Shown piece by piece: positions 21,359-31,401 of a DNA stretch of 64,000 bases. The translations under genes and the position numbers were made by a program. The notes beneath the pieces were generated by a model that was not told the DNA's origin, did no database searches, and saw only the letters and a program-made list of their open reading frames with translations. Location: the IMG/VR virus record IMGVR_UViG_3300010998_000021, positions 32,001 through 96,000 of that record, one strand, 5' to 3'. The DNA is from a virus. Lineage: Duplodnaviria; Caudoviricetes. Each line of letters begins with the position of its first letter. Positions within the stretch are counted from its first letter, which is position 1.

Positions 21359-22459
21359 TTAGTCTAATCCCCCAACGTTAGTGTCATAGAACATACCTAT
21401 TTTATATTCCTGACCCTTGGCAAGATCACATCCAACCTCGATGTCGAATCTACTCTCGACACGACCATTCTTCACATTGTTACCAGTGAAGGAAGTCAGA
21501 CCGCCACGAGTGTAAGTAGCGATAGGAGACTGCGCACCAGCAGGAACAATGAAGCCAAGACCAGCAGGAAGCATAGTCTCGAAATCAGTACCAGCCGCAT
21601 TCAGAGTAGTCTCATCATACGGATTGTCAATTTCAGCAAGAACAGCACCATTGTACATTCCAAGCAGACCATTCTGAGCGATCTCATTCATCTGAGCTTC
21701 AGAAATACCAGTGATAGTATTAGAAGCGATAGTGCCAACGTATCCAGCCCAAGGAGTGAACTGAGACAGAAGAGCATAGTCACCGATTACGGTTGGGCGA
21801 CCAAATCTACGAATCTTGGTCAGAACGCCATCAACGCCAGCCTTTGTCAGTCCAGCATTCTCAAAAGCATACTTCACGCCAGTAGCATCATGAATAGCTT
21901 TGTAGATTTTCTTGATAATAGCACGGTTAGCCTTGTTGCGAATATCAATACGAACCTGTTCCATGCCCTCGTTCTCTTTGGACATATCGCCAAGTGCGAC
22001 TCTACGATAATCTACAGCATAGCCACCCGAAACAGTGAATGTCGGAACAGGATAAACTTCCTTAACGATAGCCGAAAATACAACATCACCACCAGCAGCC
22101 TGTTCGCGAGATTTCTCGCCAACATGCTTGTAAACTTCACGCTCGATAGTCTCATCGAAACCAACAGCCTGATAAGAACCGAAGATAGAAAGCATCTTCA
22201 TTTCCTGAAGCAGAGGAGCTTCGATAACAAATCTACGAAGTGTATTCAGTTCAGCAACGGCGTTGAAATCACCATTCTCAGCACGAGCGCCAAGCTCTTT
22301 AATGTAATTAACTGCTTTATCTGCGCCCTTAATAGCGCCAACTTCTTTGCCGTTAACCATAGCAGAGAAAACTTCGGACACGATAGATGTCGCACGCATT
22401 TCTCTGTTCAGGTAATCAGCATCTTTACGAAGATTGTTTAACTCGTAAGTAGTATTCAT
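21359..22459 (-). CDS. Major capsid protein
   Basis: 366 aa, strong codon bias, downstream of the protease/scaffold and followed by a terminator. Confidence 0.8.
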   Translation of the reverse strand: MNTTYELNNLRKDADYLNREMRATSIVSEVFSAMVNGKEVGAIKGADKAVNYIKELGARAENGDFNAVAELNTLRRFVIEAPLLQEMKMLSIFGSYQAVGFDETIEREVYKHVGEKSREQAAGGDVVFSAIVKEVYPVPTFTVSGGYAVDYRRVALGDMSKENEGMEQVRIDIRNKANRAIIKKIYKAIHDATGVKYAFENAGLTKAGVDGVLTKIRRFGRPTVIGDYALLSQFTPWAGYVGTIASNTITGISEAQMNEIAQNGLLGMYNGAVLAEIDNPYDETTLNAAGTDFETMLPAGLGFIVPAGAQSPIATYTRGGLTSFTGNNVKNGRVESRFDIEVGCDLAKGQEYKIGMFYDTNVGGLD

Positions 22460-22488
22460 ATTATATTACCTCCAAATATAATTGATAA

Positions 22489-22909
22489 TTACGCTACCAT
22501 AACAACAGCCTTAACAGCCTTTTCCGTAAGCGTAACCTTGTCAGTAACTTTAAAATAAACGCCTGATGACGGGGCAGTAGAAGCAACCTCAAGAGTGCCA
22601 TCTGTCTTAGGCTTCAGCAGAGTAGTTCCAGCGGTAATATCATCATAGTCAGCACCAGAAGCATAAGTAATATGCTTCTCATCAATAACAAGTTTCTGAC
22701 CAGCCCAAGCGGAAAGATCATAACCATTCAGGTATTCTCCAGCCTTAATTGTAACGCCATCTTTATACGCATCGTCACCATTGATGTCGTTAAGAATCAC
22801 ATAAGTAATTCCATCAACAGTGAGGAAAGAATTATTAACAACATCATTTTGGGATGTAAGGACAGGATTGATTTTTGCAATATCCAGCATTCCTAAAGTT
22901 TCAACTTTA
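22489..22909 (-). CDS. Head decoration-like protein, exon 2 (spliced product 141 aa)
   Basis: (I)KVETLGMLDIAKINP..; lies between scaffold and capsid genes, with highly-expressed codon bias. Confidence 0.75.
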
Positions 22910-24188
22910 CGATATTGTTTGTCAGCTTGCTAATTCATTTTGTAGTATTTTTTCTATATTTTCATACTGTGTATAAGGTATTCTGATTAATCTAATATTA
23001 TTATCAATACAAAAATCATTTTTAATATCATCATGCTTTTTAAGTTTATCTAAACTATCATTACCACCGAAAAAATCTTTTGCAACGTAATGTTGTATTC
23101 CGTCATATTCTATAGCAACATTGTATTCTGGAAGATAAAAATCAAATGGTAATACGCGTACATCTTTGCAATCTTCAAATGTTTTTTGGCATTGATAATC
23201 AATTTGTTCATTATTTAACCAATTCTTTATTTTATTTTCTCCACGAGATATTGTGCAGTTAGGACAACCATTTCCACCATCTAACATAGTATGTGGCGCA
23301 CTTGAAAAATACTTTCCGCATTTTTCACATAAACACAATATCTTTGTTTTATTATTTTTATATTCACCGATTACTTTAATATCTGGATGTTTATCTTTCA
23401 TTTCTAAAACAAATTGATCTTGCGTTTTTCGCATCAATCCACTACACACAGGACAACCTTTGCCGTGTAATAATGAATTTGGAACTGGTTTCCATATATG
23501 TCCACATTTTTTACAAGAGACTTCTATGGGTATTCTATTATTTTTATATTCACCTAATACAGTTATGTCTTCATTTATATCTTTCATTTCAGATATAAAT
23601 TGTTCCGTTGTTTTGTTTGCACATCCAGCGCAATTAGGACAACCATGACCCATATATAAACTTCCGGGAGTAGAACTAAATTCATATCCACACACAGTAC
23701 ACTTTAAATTTACTTTAGTTCTACTATTCCTGTATTCACTCAAAACAGTTAATGTTGGATGATTGACATTCATTTCGTGAAGAAATTGTTCATTTGTTTT
23801 TCTTCGCAATTTGACCACCAACTTTATTATTATATGAATTAGCAATACGGTTCGCTAAACCGCGCAAGTTATTAAATAACTTCTCGTACTTTCATACGAA
23901 GTCCAGACTATATCATTCATCATGCCATTTCTGGTTTAGATGCCCTCCACTTCGGATGCGCTTGCATCCTAACGGCATTTCAGCCGATAGTCGTTGAGCC
24001 TTCCCCTGTTCGGGGCTTGGTTGCTGATTGCCCAATCTATTTACTTTTCAAACCATCACACTTACACATATTTCATTGTTATGTTGTGGTAAAATAGCTA
24101 TAAGGGTTTTCCAGCAGTTCAAAGGGATACATTATATTCTTTCGATATATAACGGACTATTCACATGGTATATTCAACCATGTTTCTA
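22910..24188 (-). mobile_element. Group I intron in codon 2 of the head gene (encodes endonuclease)
   Basis: P1 GAU|UA/UAGUC with U.G pair, P GAACTGCTGGAAAACCC, Q AATCAGCAACC, R CAACGACTA, S ATGATATAGTC, terminal G at 22910. Confidence 0.88.
22922..23845 (-). CDS. Intron-encoded Zn-ribbon repeat + Vsr-like endonuclease (start uncertain)
   Basis: Three KT.EQF..GCP.C repeats; FDFYLP..IEYDGIQHY. Confidence 0.82.
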   Translation of the reverse strand: MLIHIIIKLVVKLRRKTNEQFLHEMNVNHPTLTVLSEYRNSRTKVNLKCTVCGYEFSSTPGSLYMGHGCPNCAGCANKTTEQFISEMKDINEDITVLGEYKNNRIPIEVSCKKCGHIWKPVPNSLLHGKGCPVCSGLMRKTQDQFVLEMKDKHPDIKVIGEYKNNKTKILCLCEKCGKYFSSAPHTMLDGGNGCPNCTISRGENKIKNWLNNEQIDYQCQKTFEDCKDVRVLPFDFYLPEYNVAIEYDGIQHYVAKDFFGGNDSLDKLKKHDDIKNDFCIDNNIRLIRIPYTQYENIEKILQNELAS

Positions 24189-24193
24189 ATCAT
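24189..24193 (-). CDS. Head decoration-like protein, exon 1 (ATGAT only)
   Basis: AGGAGG RBS, 8-nt spacer, ATG; splicing gives ATG ATT AAA. Confidence 0.75.
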
Positions 24194-24216
24194 TTTGATT
24201 TCCTCCTAATTTCAAA

Positions 24217-24771
24217 TTAGAAAATGTCAACATCCTCTTCAGAAACCTTCTTTTCGTTGATTTCAGAGAAAATATCTTCAACTTCATCTTCTACGTGTTC
24301 AGAAGCCTTCTTCGCTTCTTCCATATATTTCTTACCAATCTCTGCATGAATCTTGTTCACTACAGAATTGATTTCGCTTGTAAGCGGATTTTCATTGAAT
24401 GCGTCAATCTCAGCCTGTGCAAAAGCTTTCTGCTCATCAGTAAAGCCTTCAATAGCAGCATTCAGTTCACCAATCTTTTCTTTCTTCTGCGCATCTTCAA
24501 GATTGGATTTCAGTTCATTGATTTCGCCAGTAAGTGTCTCTTTTTCAGCTGTAAGAGCAGTATTGGCTTCATTAAGCGCAGTTACTTTAGATTCAAGCTC
24601 GGCAATGTTTTCATTCTGTCTTTCGATTTCAGCCTGAAGCTCCTTAACAAGCTCCTGAGATTCGGCAATGCGTTTTTCGCATTCCTCCTTCATAGCATTG
24701 ATCTCTTCGGCGGAAGAATTCATTTCGCCGATAACCTGAGAAACGATAGCTTTGATTTCATTCTCACCCAT
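24217..24771 (-). CDS. Nested in-frame scaffold protein (184 aa)
   Basis: Internal AAGGAGG-8nt-ATG (MGENEIK..) at the start of the coiled-coil. Confidence 0.65.
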   Translation of the reverse strand: MGENEIKAIVSQVIGEMNSSAEEINAMKEECEKRIAESQELVKELQAEIERQNENIAELESKVTALNEANTALTAEKETLTGEINELKSNLEDAQKKEKIGELNAAIEGFTDEQKAFAQAEIDAFNENPLTSEINSVVNKIHAEIGKKYMEEAKKASEHVEDEVEDIFSEINEKKVSEEDVDIF

Positions 24772-25407
24772 CGTGAAGTCCTCCTTATCGACATTATTAG
24801 ATTGATTCAATTCCAGTATTTTTGCTGTTTTGTCCGCAGGTCTAACCCCAAGCAAGGCATAACCCGAATACTCAAAAACCATAGGAATACGACCATAATC
24901 TTTATAGCCGTATTTGTAGATAATTGATGGATTATCACCTGTCTTTAGGATTTCGACACTACCAAAAGGCGCATTACCATCTTCAATATCTTCTTCAAGT
25001 TTTTCACAGAAGTTGTGATAACATAGACCATCAATAGTTCCTTCGCCAATACAAACAGTCTTGATACCTTCATCAGTCTCAATGTCTGTAATGTATCCTT
25101 TTTCAAAAGTACCGATCATCACGGCGTTTTCGAATATTGGTAATCCATCCTTGGTTTCTGTTTCGCCATGCCCATTGAGGAACGTTCTTTCTTCGTCAAG
25201 AAATTCGCATCTGATGCTTTTCCCTTCAAGCGTTGGGAGAGCCTTTTCGCAATATTCCCTAATCCAAGAAATGCCGTTATCGTTATATTCACTCGCCACA
25301 CCATTTTTCTCATCCACGCATGAGTCAGGATAAATTTCGTGAAGTATAACCTTGAAATGTCTGCGACCATTTTTTGAATCTTTCTTAGAAAGCTCAAAAG
25401 TTTTCAT
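24217..25407 (-). CDS. Prohead protease/scaffold protein
   Basis: N-terminal protease-like region (N.NG.SW, GHG, GSVE, SGYALL) and an acidic coiled-coil C-terminus. Confidence 0.75.
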   Translation of the reverse strand: MKTFELSKKDSKNGRRHFKVILHEIYPDSCVDEKNGVASEYNDNGISWIREYCEKALPTLEGKSIRCEFLDEERTFLNGHGETETKDGLPIFENAVMIGTFEKGYITDIETDEGIKTVCIGEGTIDGLCYHNFCEKLEEDIEDGNAPFGSVEILKTGDNPSIIYKYGYKDYGRIPMVFEYSGYALLGVRPADKTAKILELNQSNNVDKEDFTMGENEIKAIVSQVIGEMNSSAEEINAMKEECEKRIAESQELVKELQAEIERQNENIAELESKVTALNEANTALTAEKETLTGEINELKSNLEDAQKKEKIGELNAAIEGFTDEQKAFAQAEIDAFNENPLTSEINSVVNKIHAEIGKKYMEEAKKASEHVEDEVEDIFSEINEKKVSEEDVDIF

Positions 25408-25441
25408 TTCAAGTTGCCTCCTTGTGAACATATATGTATAT

Positions 25442-25472
25442 AAAAAGAGGGCAGTAGTGAAACTGTCCTCTT
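25442..25472 (-). terminator. Intrinsic terminator
   Basis: AAGAGGACAGT..ACTGCCCTCTTTTT. Confidence 0.6.
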
Positions 25473-25487
25473 GATATATTGAAAATA

Positions 25488-25637
25488 TTAATTTTTAAAA
25501 ACCCACCTATTGCGTTCTGCGGCAATTTCCTCGAAACCTAAATTCCTTAATTTGTCAGCAGTATCTTTATCGGTGGTTGCAATATAATGAAAATCTTCAG
25601 TGTTTGTATCCGATTTATCATCGTTTTTCAAAACCAT
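25488..25637 (-). CDS. Small protein, 49 aa (DUF5659-like)
   Basis: MVLKNDD..YIATTDKDTADKLRNLGFEEI..RWVFKN; below the ORF-track cutoff. Confidence 0.55.
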   Translation of the reverse strand: MVLKNDDKSDTNTEDFHYIATTDKDTADKLRNLGFEEIAAERNRWVFKN

Positions 25638-25667
25638 GTTTTATTGCATCCTTATAAAATAATTCTT

Positions 25668-27305
25668 TTATTGTGTACTCGGTGCAGGAGTACCATTTGT
25701 GTTATTTGCTTTTGTCTGCAATGTACTGTAGTTAGAACTATCATCATCAGTAGGTCTGCCAACCTTATCATCTTTAGAAGAATATGTATAACTTGTTTGA
25801 TGAACAGGATATTTGTTTTCTATATTATCTTCTAATTCTTGATCTAACAAAGCAAAATATACTTCTGGTGAAATTCCAGCAGCACTCGCCCAAAGCGACA
25901 ATGAACCTTTCCCTTGCAAATACAAATCCTTTGCATTAGCAACCATTGTTTTTTGATTTACATAAGTAGTAGGAAGATACTTACATTCAACACTATTTCT
26001 TTTATCTTTTATTATATTCGCATTGATACATTTATTTAATTCTGCTTCGATTTGTTCTATCCATTGAAATATTTCTGAACTTAATAATTCTAAATTATTT
26101 ACTTGCGAAGAATAGTTACCACTTCCAGAGCCATTAAGAAGAGATGCTGCTATACCTAAATCCATTGCTATTTTATCGCAAAGATTTGACTCATACTTAT
26201 CATCAAATATATCTGTATTATTTGCATCAATACTGTTAATTTTAGTTCCGGCAGCAACAGAAAAGAATGAAATACCACCGCGATTGTTTTTATTCATTAC
26301 TGCGCCTTTGACTTTTTCGTGTTGATTTTGTTGCTGTTTTTGTGACAGGGCAGAAGTGCCTTTATCTTTTCCTTCTGGAAAAGTTTGATAAATTATCCTA
26401 TTATTTATTTCATCTAATACATTTCTTTTAGTATCAGTAAAATAATCACCGTAAAGGACATCGTTAATTGCAGCAAGAGCAAGCGGTCTTCCCCACGGTT
26501 CTTCTTTGCTACTTCTAATTTTATGAACAATAGTTTTTGTTGGATCAAGAACAACCCATCTTTCATGATTCCCTTGATAGTATTTATCTCTAATTTCTTT
26601 AGGATATTTTCTCAGTTTTCTATCAGCTTCTTCGCCTTCGCAATTATCAAAATATGATAAATCAAATGCTAATTGATAATTCGAGTTTCTTATCCCAATA
26701 ATCTTTGTATAATCAGGAGATAGTGAAATTATTGACGCATTTATGCCTAATTCATTTATTTCATGTATTCTTTCAACGTCATAATTACTCATTATTTTTT
26801 CTCTTGATAACGGTCTTTCAGTTGTCTCGAAATAGTAAAACGCAATACCATCAACCATACCACGGAAAAGCGCATCACGCACAATCTCTTTATGCTTAAT
26901 GCCTTTAAGCGTAGATTGCATAAGGAGTCTATTTCTTTTCTTTTTCTGTTTACTTTCTCCATAAGGAACTATTACATTATCAAGCGTAGGTATGGCAGTC
27001 ATATAATCAACAGTGTTTGTGTAAACACCGTTACACCCATATAATATGCGAGATATTTCACGTAATACCTGATTGTTAGCCATTGGATCACGAATTAAAT
27101 CCCTTATTTGTTCTGGCTTATATAAATCGAAAACATTCATCATGCCATAATATGAAATGGCGTTAAGACGATAAGAACGGAATGAGTTAAATTCATATTC
27201 TGTATTATCTTGTTTTATATCTTGTTGTTGATTGTTTTCGTAGTTTAGTTTTTTATAATTACTTCGTCTATTATAAGAGGAAGTAGTATTATTTTTGTTT
27301 GCCAT
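25668..27305 (-). CDS. Portal protein
   Basis: 545 aa downstream of terminase; WGRP motif and C-terminal GRP motif. Confidence 0.8.
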   Translation of the reverse strand: MANKNNTTSSYNRRSNYKKLNYENNQQQDIKQDNTEYEFNSFRSYRLNAISYYGMMNVFDLYKPEQIRDLIRDPMANNQVLREISRILYGCNGVYTNTVDYMTAIPTLDNVIVPYGESKQKKKRNRLLMQSTLKGIKHKEIVRDALFRGMVDGIAFYYFETTERPLSREKIMSNYDVERIHEINELGINASIISLSPDYTKIIGIRNSNYQLAFDLSYFDNCEGEEADRKLRKYPKEIRDKYYQGNHERWVVLDPTKTIVHKIRSSKEEPWGRPLALAAINDVLYGDYFTDTKRNVLDEINNRIIYQTFPEGKDKGTSALSQKQQQNQHEKVKGAVMNKNNRGGISFFSVAAGTKINSIDANNTDIFDDKYESNLCDKIAMDLGIAASLLNGSGSGNYSSQVNNLELLSSEIFQWIEQIEAELNKCINANIIKDKRNSVECKYLPTTYVNQKTMVANAKDLYLQGKGSLSLWASAAGISPEVYFALLDQELEDNIENKYPVHQTSYTYSSKDDKVGRPTDDDSSNYSTLQTKANNTNGTPAPSTQ

Positions 27306-28418
27306 TTAACATACCTCCTCGTTAAGTAGCAATTCATTGTCTAAAATAATATCAATATTATCGAAATCCTTATATGATATACGAATTAAATGGATATTAT
27401 GATTTTTGCAATAGTCTGTTTTAATTCTATCTCTTCTTTGCGTTTCTACTAAAGCATTCTCCCCACCCCATAAATCAACTGCTTCAAAATGTTGAATACC
27501 ATCATATTCAATTGCTATCGAACAATTTGGGATAAAGAAGTCAAATGGTAAAGTATATATATCTTTGCAATCATCAAATCTATATTGTGCAACATATTCT
27601 ATATTGTTGTCATTTAAAAATTTTCTAATACGTTTTTCACCTTTTGATGAAGCACAATATGGGCAACCACGTAAATTATGAAGTAAATTCCTTGGTGATG
27701 ATTCGTTGATATTACCACAAGATTTACATCTATATGCTATCTTTGTATCCATATTTTTGTATTCACCAATAATTTCGATGTTATTATTTATTTCAAACAA
27801 TTTTTCTGCGAAAGAATCAGTAGTATACTTAGCCACGCCAGAACACACAGGGCATCCTGTACCAAATAATAAATTCCCCGGACGCGCATTCCATTCATTC
27901 CCACATTCTTTACATCTGCATTTTACTTTAGTAAATGAATTTTTGTATTCATCTAAAATCTCAATATTCGAATTTATTGTCCTAAGTTTTTCAACGAATG
28001 TTTCGGTAGTGTATCTTTCTTTCTTTGAACATCTCGGACATCCATAACCGTTTAATAACGAAGATGGGACTGCCATATATTCATACCCACAAATAGAACA
28101 TGCACATCGAATTTTAATATTATTCCTCACATATTTGCCAAGTGGAACGATATGTTTATTAGCTTCTTTTAATTCAGCAATAAATTCATCATTACTTTTT
28201 GATTTTATATCTGAACTCCTTTTATTTGAACATAATGGGCATCCATGCCCTTTTAATAAGTTATGTGGAAACGCACTCCATGTGTGTCCACATTTAATAC
28301 ATTCGCATTCTATATAATCATTCGTCCTTTTATATTGACCAATAATTTTTATGTTTGGATTTATATTCTTGATTTGATTGATAAATTCCTCATGTGTTTT
28401 CTTCCGCATTTTAATCAC
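27306..28418 (-). CDS. Free-standing Zn-ribbon repeat + Vsr-like endonuclease
   Basis: Four GCPxC repeats; SKGE, FDFF..IEYDGIQHF. Confidence 0.82.
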   Translation of the reverse strand: MIKMRKKTHEEFINQIKNINPNIKIIGQYKRTNDYIECECIKCGHTWSAFPHNLLKGHGCPLCSNKRSSDIKSKSNDEFIAELKEANKHIVPLGKYVRNNIKIRCACSICGYEYMAVPSSLLNGYGCPRCSKKERYTTETFVEKLRTINSNIEILDEYKNSFTKVKCRCKECGNEWNARPGNLLFGTGCPVCSGVAKYTTDSFAEKLFEINNNIEIIGEYKNMDTKIAYRCKSCGNINESSPRNLLHNLRGCPYCASSKGEKRIRKFLNDNNIEYVAQYRFDDCKDIYTLPFDFFIPNCSIAIEYDGIQHFEAVDLWGGENALVETQRRDRIKTDYCKNHNIHLIRISYKDFDNIDIILDNELLLNEEVC

Positions 28419-28427
28419 TCCTAATAA

Positions 28428-28616
28428 TCACTCATTATCTGCATAAAAAATAGCAAGTTGCCGAAACAACTCGCTACTTTTTTTGTATTTATATATTGAT
28501 ATTCCGTTTTGATTTCTTTTGACAAATGAATATCTTATTCCAACGCTCTTTAAAAAATCAACTTCTTTTCGCCATTGAGTTTGATATTCAATATCATAAC
28601 TATTTTCACTCTTCAT
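28428..28616 (-). CDS. Small conserved phage protein (DUF5659-like)
   Basis: EY.TQ..KEV.FL...GIRY.F....YKYKKS.ELF pattern. Confidence 0.6.
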   Translation of the reverse strand: MKSENSYDIEYQTQWRKEVDFLKSVGIRYSFVKRNQNGISIYKYKKSSELFRQLAIFYADNE

Positions 28617-28619
28617 ATT

Positions 28620-30455
28620 TTAATTTATAAATACACCATATTCATATTCTTCGTTGTTTGTGCTTAAATCTTGTGCCAGTTTGTCAGCAAAATAGCACAA
28701 ATATGAAACAGAAGTATATCTATCTTTTCTATTAGAACCTTGCTCTTTAACAACTATTACACCTGTTTGATCTTTCTTCTCATATGTAAGTTCTGTTGTT
28801 TCCGAAATTAAAGCCTGCGTTTCTAAAAACGGACTTTCAAAAAAGATTTGGTCATCAGCAGATGGAGCATTGGTATATTCTGGCAGTTGACTTAAATATT
28901 CTTCTTGCGCTTCTTGGAATGGAATAAGCAAGTCAATTTTCTTATCAACAAGATAATGCCTGAAATTAACAGCAATATCGCTATTTAACTTTTGCGAAGC
29001 ATTAATAACAAATATTCTTTCTTCAGCGCCTTCGAACCTTATTCTATTTGCAACACTTTCATCATTCATGCATGTCAATGGAACGTATTCAATGTCTCGT
29101 TCATCATCATACATTATATTGGCAAGCATATCATATATACTTACACCAGCATTACGCATATCCAATACTATGTAATCTGCTTCGAAATCTTCATATAGTT
29201 GTCTTATTTTTAGTGCTTGCTTAGTTGTGTCTCCACCTTGGACAGAAAGCATAAATGGTATCATTACCCTATATCCGTTATTAATTTCTTTATCTTCATC
29301 ATCATTGCTTCTTCTATAACGAGTAAACTCTGGTATTAAACGACCACAAGAAAAGATAGAATTATCATTCTTTTTATTTTCAATAAAAGCCATATCACAA
29401 CTTATGACGCGAATCTCGCCTTTCTGTTTAGGAATTGCATATGGATTTTTCTTACCAACCCTTACGTCAGTATTATCCCTTGGATAAAACGGTTTCTTCA
29501 GCCTTTGATTCTGTTGAAGCATTGAATAAGTAAAATAAGCAGAGGTGTTTTCTTTCACGCGTTCATTTAAAAACTCAATGCGCCAAGTTAAAGGGTCTTG
29601 TTTCTTTTTTTCTTTTCTAAGTTGTGTAAGACTTTTAATATTATGTTTTAATACAATGGATTCATCAAATGCCAATAATATAGAATTGTCACTAATAAAC
29701 ATTTCTTTATATGCTTGGTCAACAAGATTCCACATCCAATGACCATTATCAAGCCAACTTGAAGAAATATAAACATCAACTGCTTCATCTAATGCGTCTG
29801 GAACATTCGTATAGTCTCCAGATGTAGCATATGGAGCTTGTCTCATAACCTGAAAAGGCGATAAAATACTGTCATCAACAAATTTTTTAATTTGCCTAAA
29901 CTCTTCACGTATTAAAACAGTTGACCTATTTCCTCTGCCGTTTTCGCTTGCAGTGACAACTTTAATTTGACTTTTGTTTTTAAACATTACAATAACTTCG
30001 TCCTGTGAAGTTTTTATATTTTCAATTTCATTATCAACCATTGGGAAATTTCTAAGAAATTTGTTAATCTTATCTTTGACAATCAAAGCAGATTGCCCTC
30101 GCGTTGCTGAACTTAAAACAACTTCAGAATACGAACGAAGTATACATATGCATACTGCATAAATAGAAATAACAAGTGATTTAGCAGCTGCACGACAAGC
30201 AACAATAACGCACAACTGGCTTACGCTCATTAAATAAAGAATAATTGACTGATATATATGTAAGTTTATTCCTAAGAAATCTTTAGCAAATCTATGAAGA
30301 TTTCTTCTAAAAAAAGTATTCCATAATAAGACATGGTGCATATTTTCCTGATTATTCAGGAAATGACCACTCGGCATTTTCTTGTATAATTCCCTTTGTC
30401 TATCATCTGCAAACTCAGAAATTTTCTTTACTTTCTTTGTTACATATCCGCTCAT
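28620..30455 (-). CDS. terL: Terminase large subunit
   Basis: Walker A ACRAAAKS, Walker B LIREEFR, coupling motif YISS, nuclease D residues (SCDMA, KDRY). Confidence 0.88.
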   Translation of the reverse strand: MSGYVTKKVKKISEFADDRQRELYKKMPSGHFLNNQENMHHVLLWNTFFRRNLHRFAKDFLGINLHIYQSIILYLMSVSQLCVIVACRAAAKSLVISIYAVCICILRSYSEVVLSSATRGQSALIVKDKINKFLRNFPMVDNEIENIKTSQDEVIVMFKNKSQIKVVTASENGRGNRSTVLIREEFRQIKKFVDDSILSPFQVMRQAPYATSGDYTNVPDALDEAVDVYISSSWLDNGHWMWNLVDQAYKEMFISDNSILLAFDESIVLKHNIKSLTQLRKEKKKQDPLTWRIEFLNERVKENTSAYFTYSMLQQNQRLKKPFYPRDNTDVRVGKKNPYAIPKQKGEIRVISCDMAFIENKKNDNSIFSCGRLIPEFTRYRRSNDDEDKEINNGYRVMIPFMLSVQGGDTTKQALKIRQLYEDFEADYIVLDMRNAGVSIYDMLANIMYDDERDIEYVPLTCMNDESVANRIRFEGAEERIFVINASQKLNSDIAVNFRHYLVDKKIDLLIPFQEAQEEYLSQLPEYTNAPSADDQIFFESPFLETQALISETTELTYEKKDQTGVIVVKEQGSNRKDRYTSVSYLCYFADKLAQDLSTNNEEYEYGVFIN

Positions 30456-31354
30456 TCTTCTTCATCGCTTACGAAAAATTCTTTATCGCGGTCAGTAGTT
30501 CCTAATTGCAGATTTTTCAAAGGTCTTAATACAAATCGTTTGAAGTATTCGCCAATACCATCAAAGTCCTTATAAAGTTTCTTATCTTTATAGTATTCCT
30601 CTGGCGTATACTTACTAATCATACTTATCCATGTTCCCCAACTTTCATTGTTGGACTCCGCAACATCTGACGTTGTTTTTAGTCCTGCTTGCGCAAAAGT
30701 TTTTCTATATGATTCAGTCAATTTTATATAATCATCTGTCCGTCCTGATTTCATTGCTCTCATCTGTTGCATTTTTGTTTGGCATAAATCCATGATGAAT
30801 ATCTCTTGATTGCTATCAAAATCAGGATTAGCTTTTTTCAAATATTTATAATGTTCTTCTAATGTTTTATAATCATCATCTGAGAGTCCAGAACCCCAAC
30901 GCATCCGTACAGACTCAGGGATAGTTGTTACAGGTTGCTCTTCTGGAGTATTTATTTGTGTATCTATATCAAAAAGAAAACTCTCGTTAATAGTATTGTC
31001 GAAAGTTTTCTTCTTATTTTGAATGATATTAAGTTTTCTTATGTAATCTCCAATGGGAGGAGTAGCATCTTGATAACTATTTAAACAAGATTCTATGATT
31101 TTATCACTATAGTACATATCGTAAGCCATGCAAACACGTTTGACAGCCTTACGAATGTCACGATATTTTAATAAGTATTTATTATATACTTGTGCAAGAC
31201 AATCTTTGCATATCGGCATATAGCCACTATTGTTAAATAAATCACTATAACTACGATAAAAATATGTTGGCTTTGAATCTATTCTTCCACATTTCATGCA
31301 TCGATATTCTATTTCTCGCACAGGTAAAATATCAGATTTTGCCAATATATCCAC
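30452..31354 (-). CDS. Putative terminase small subunit
   Basis: N-terminal CxxC..CKDC; overlaps the terL start. Confidence 0.6.
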   Translation of the reverse strand: MDILAKSDILPVREIEYRCMKCGRIDSKPTYFYRSYSDLFNNSGYMPICKDCLAQVYNKYLLKYRDIRKAVKRVCMAYDMYYSDKIIESCLNSYQDATPPIGDYIRKLNIIQNKKKTFDNTINESFLFDIDTQINTPEEQPVTTIPESVRMRWGSGLSDDDYKTLEEHYKYLKKANPDFDSNQEIFIMDLCQTKMQQMRAMKSGRTDDYIKLTESYRKTFAQAGLKTTSDVAESNNESWGTWISMISKYTPEEYYKDKKLYKDFDGIGEYFKRFVLRPLKNLQLGTTDRDKEFFVSDEEE

Positions 31355-31401
31355 CTCTTTATTTCAACTAATGTAATAATATCAACTATAATTATTTTGT
31401 A

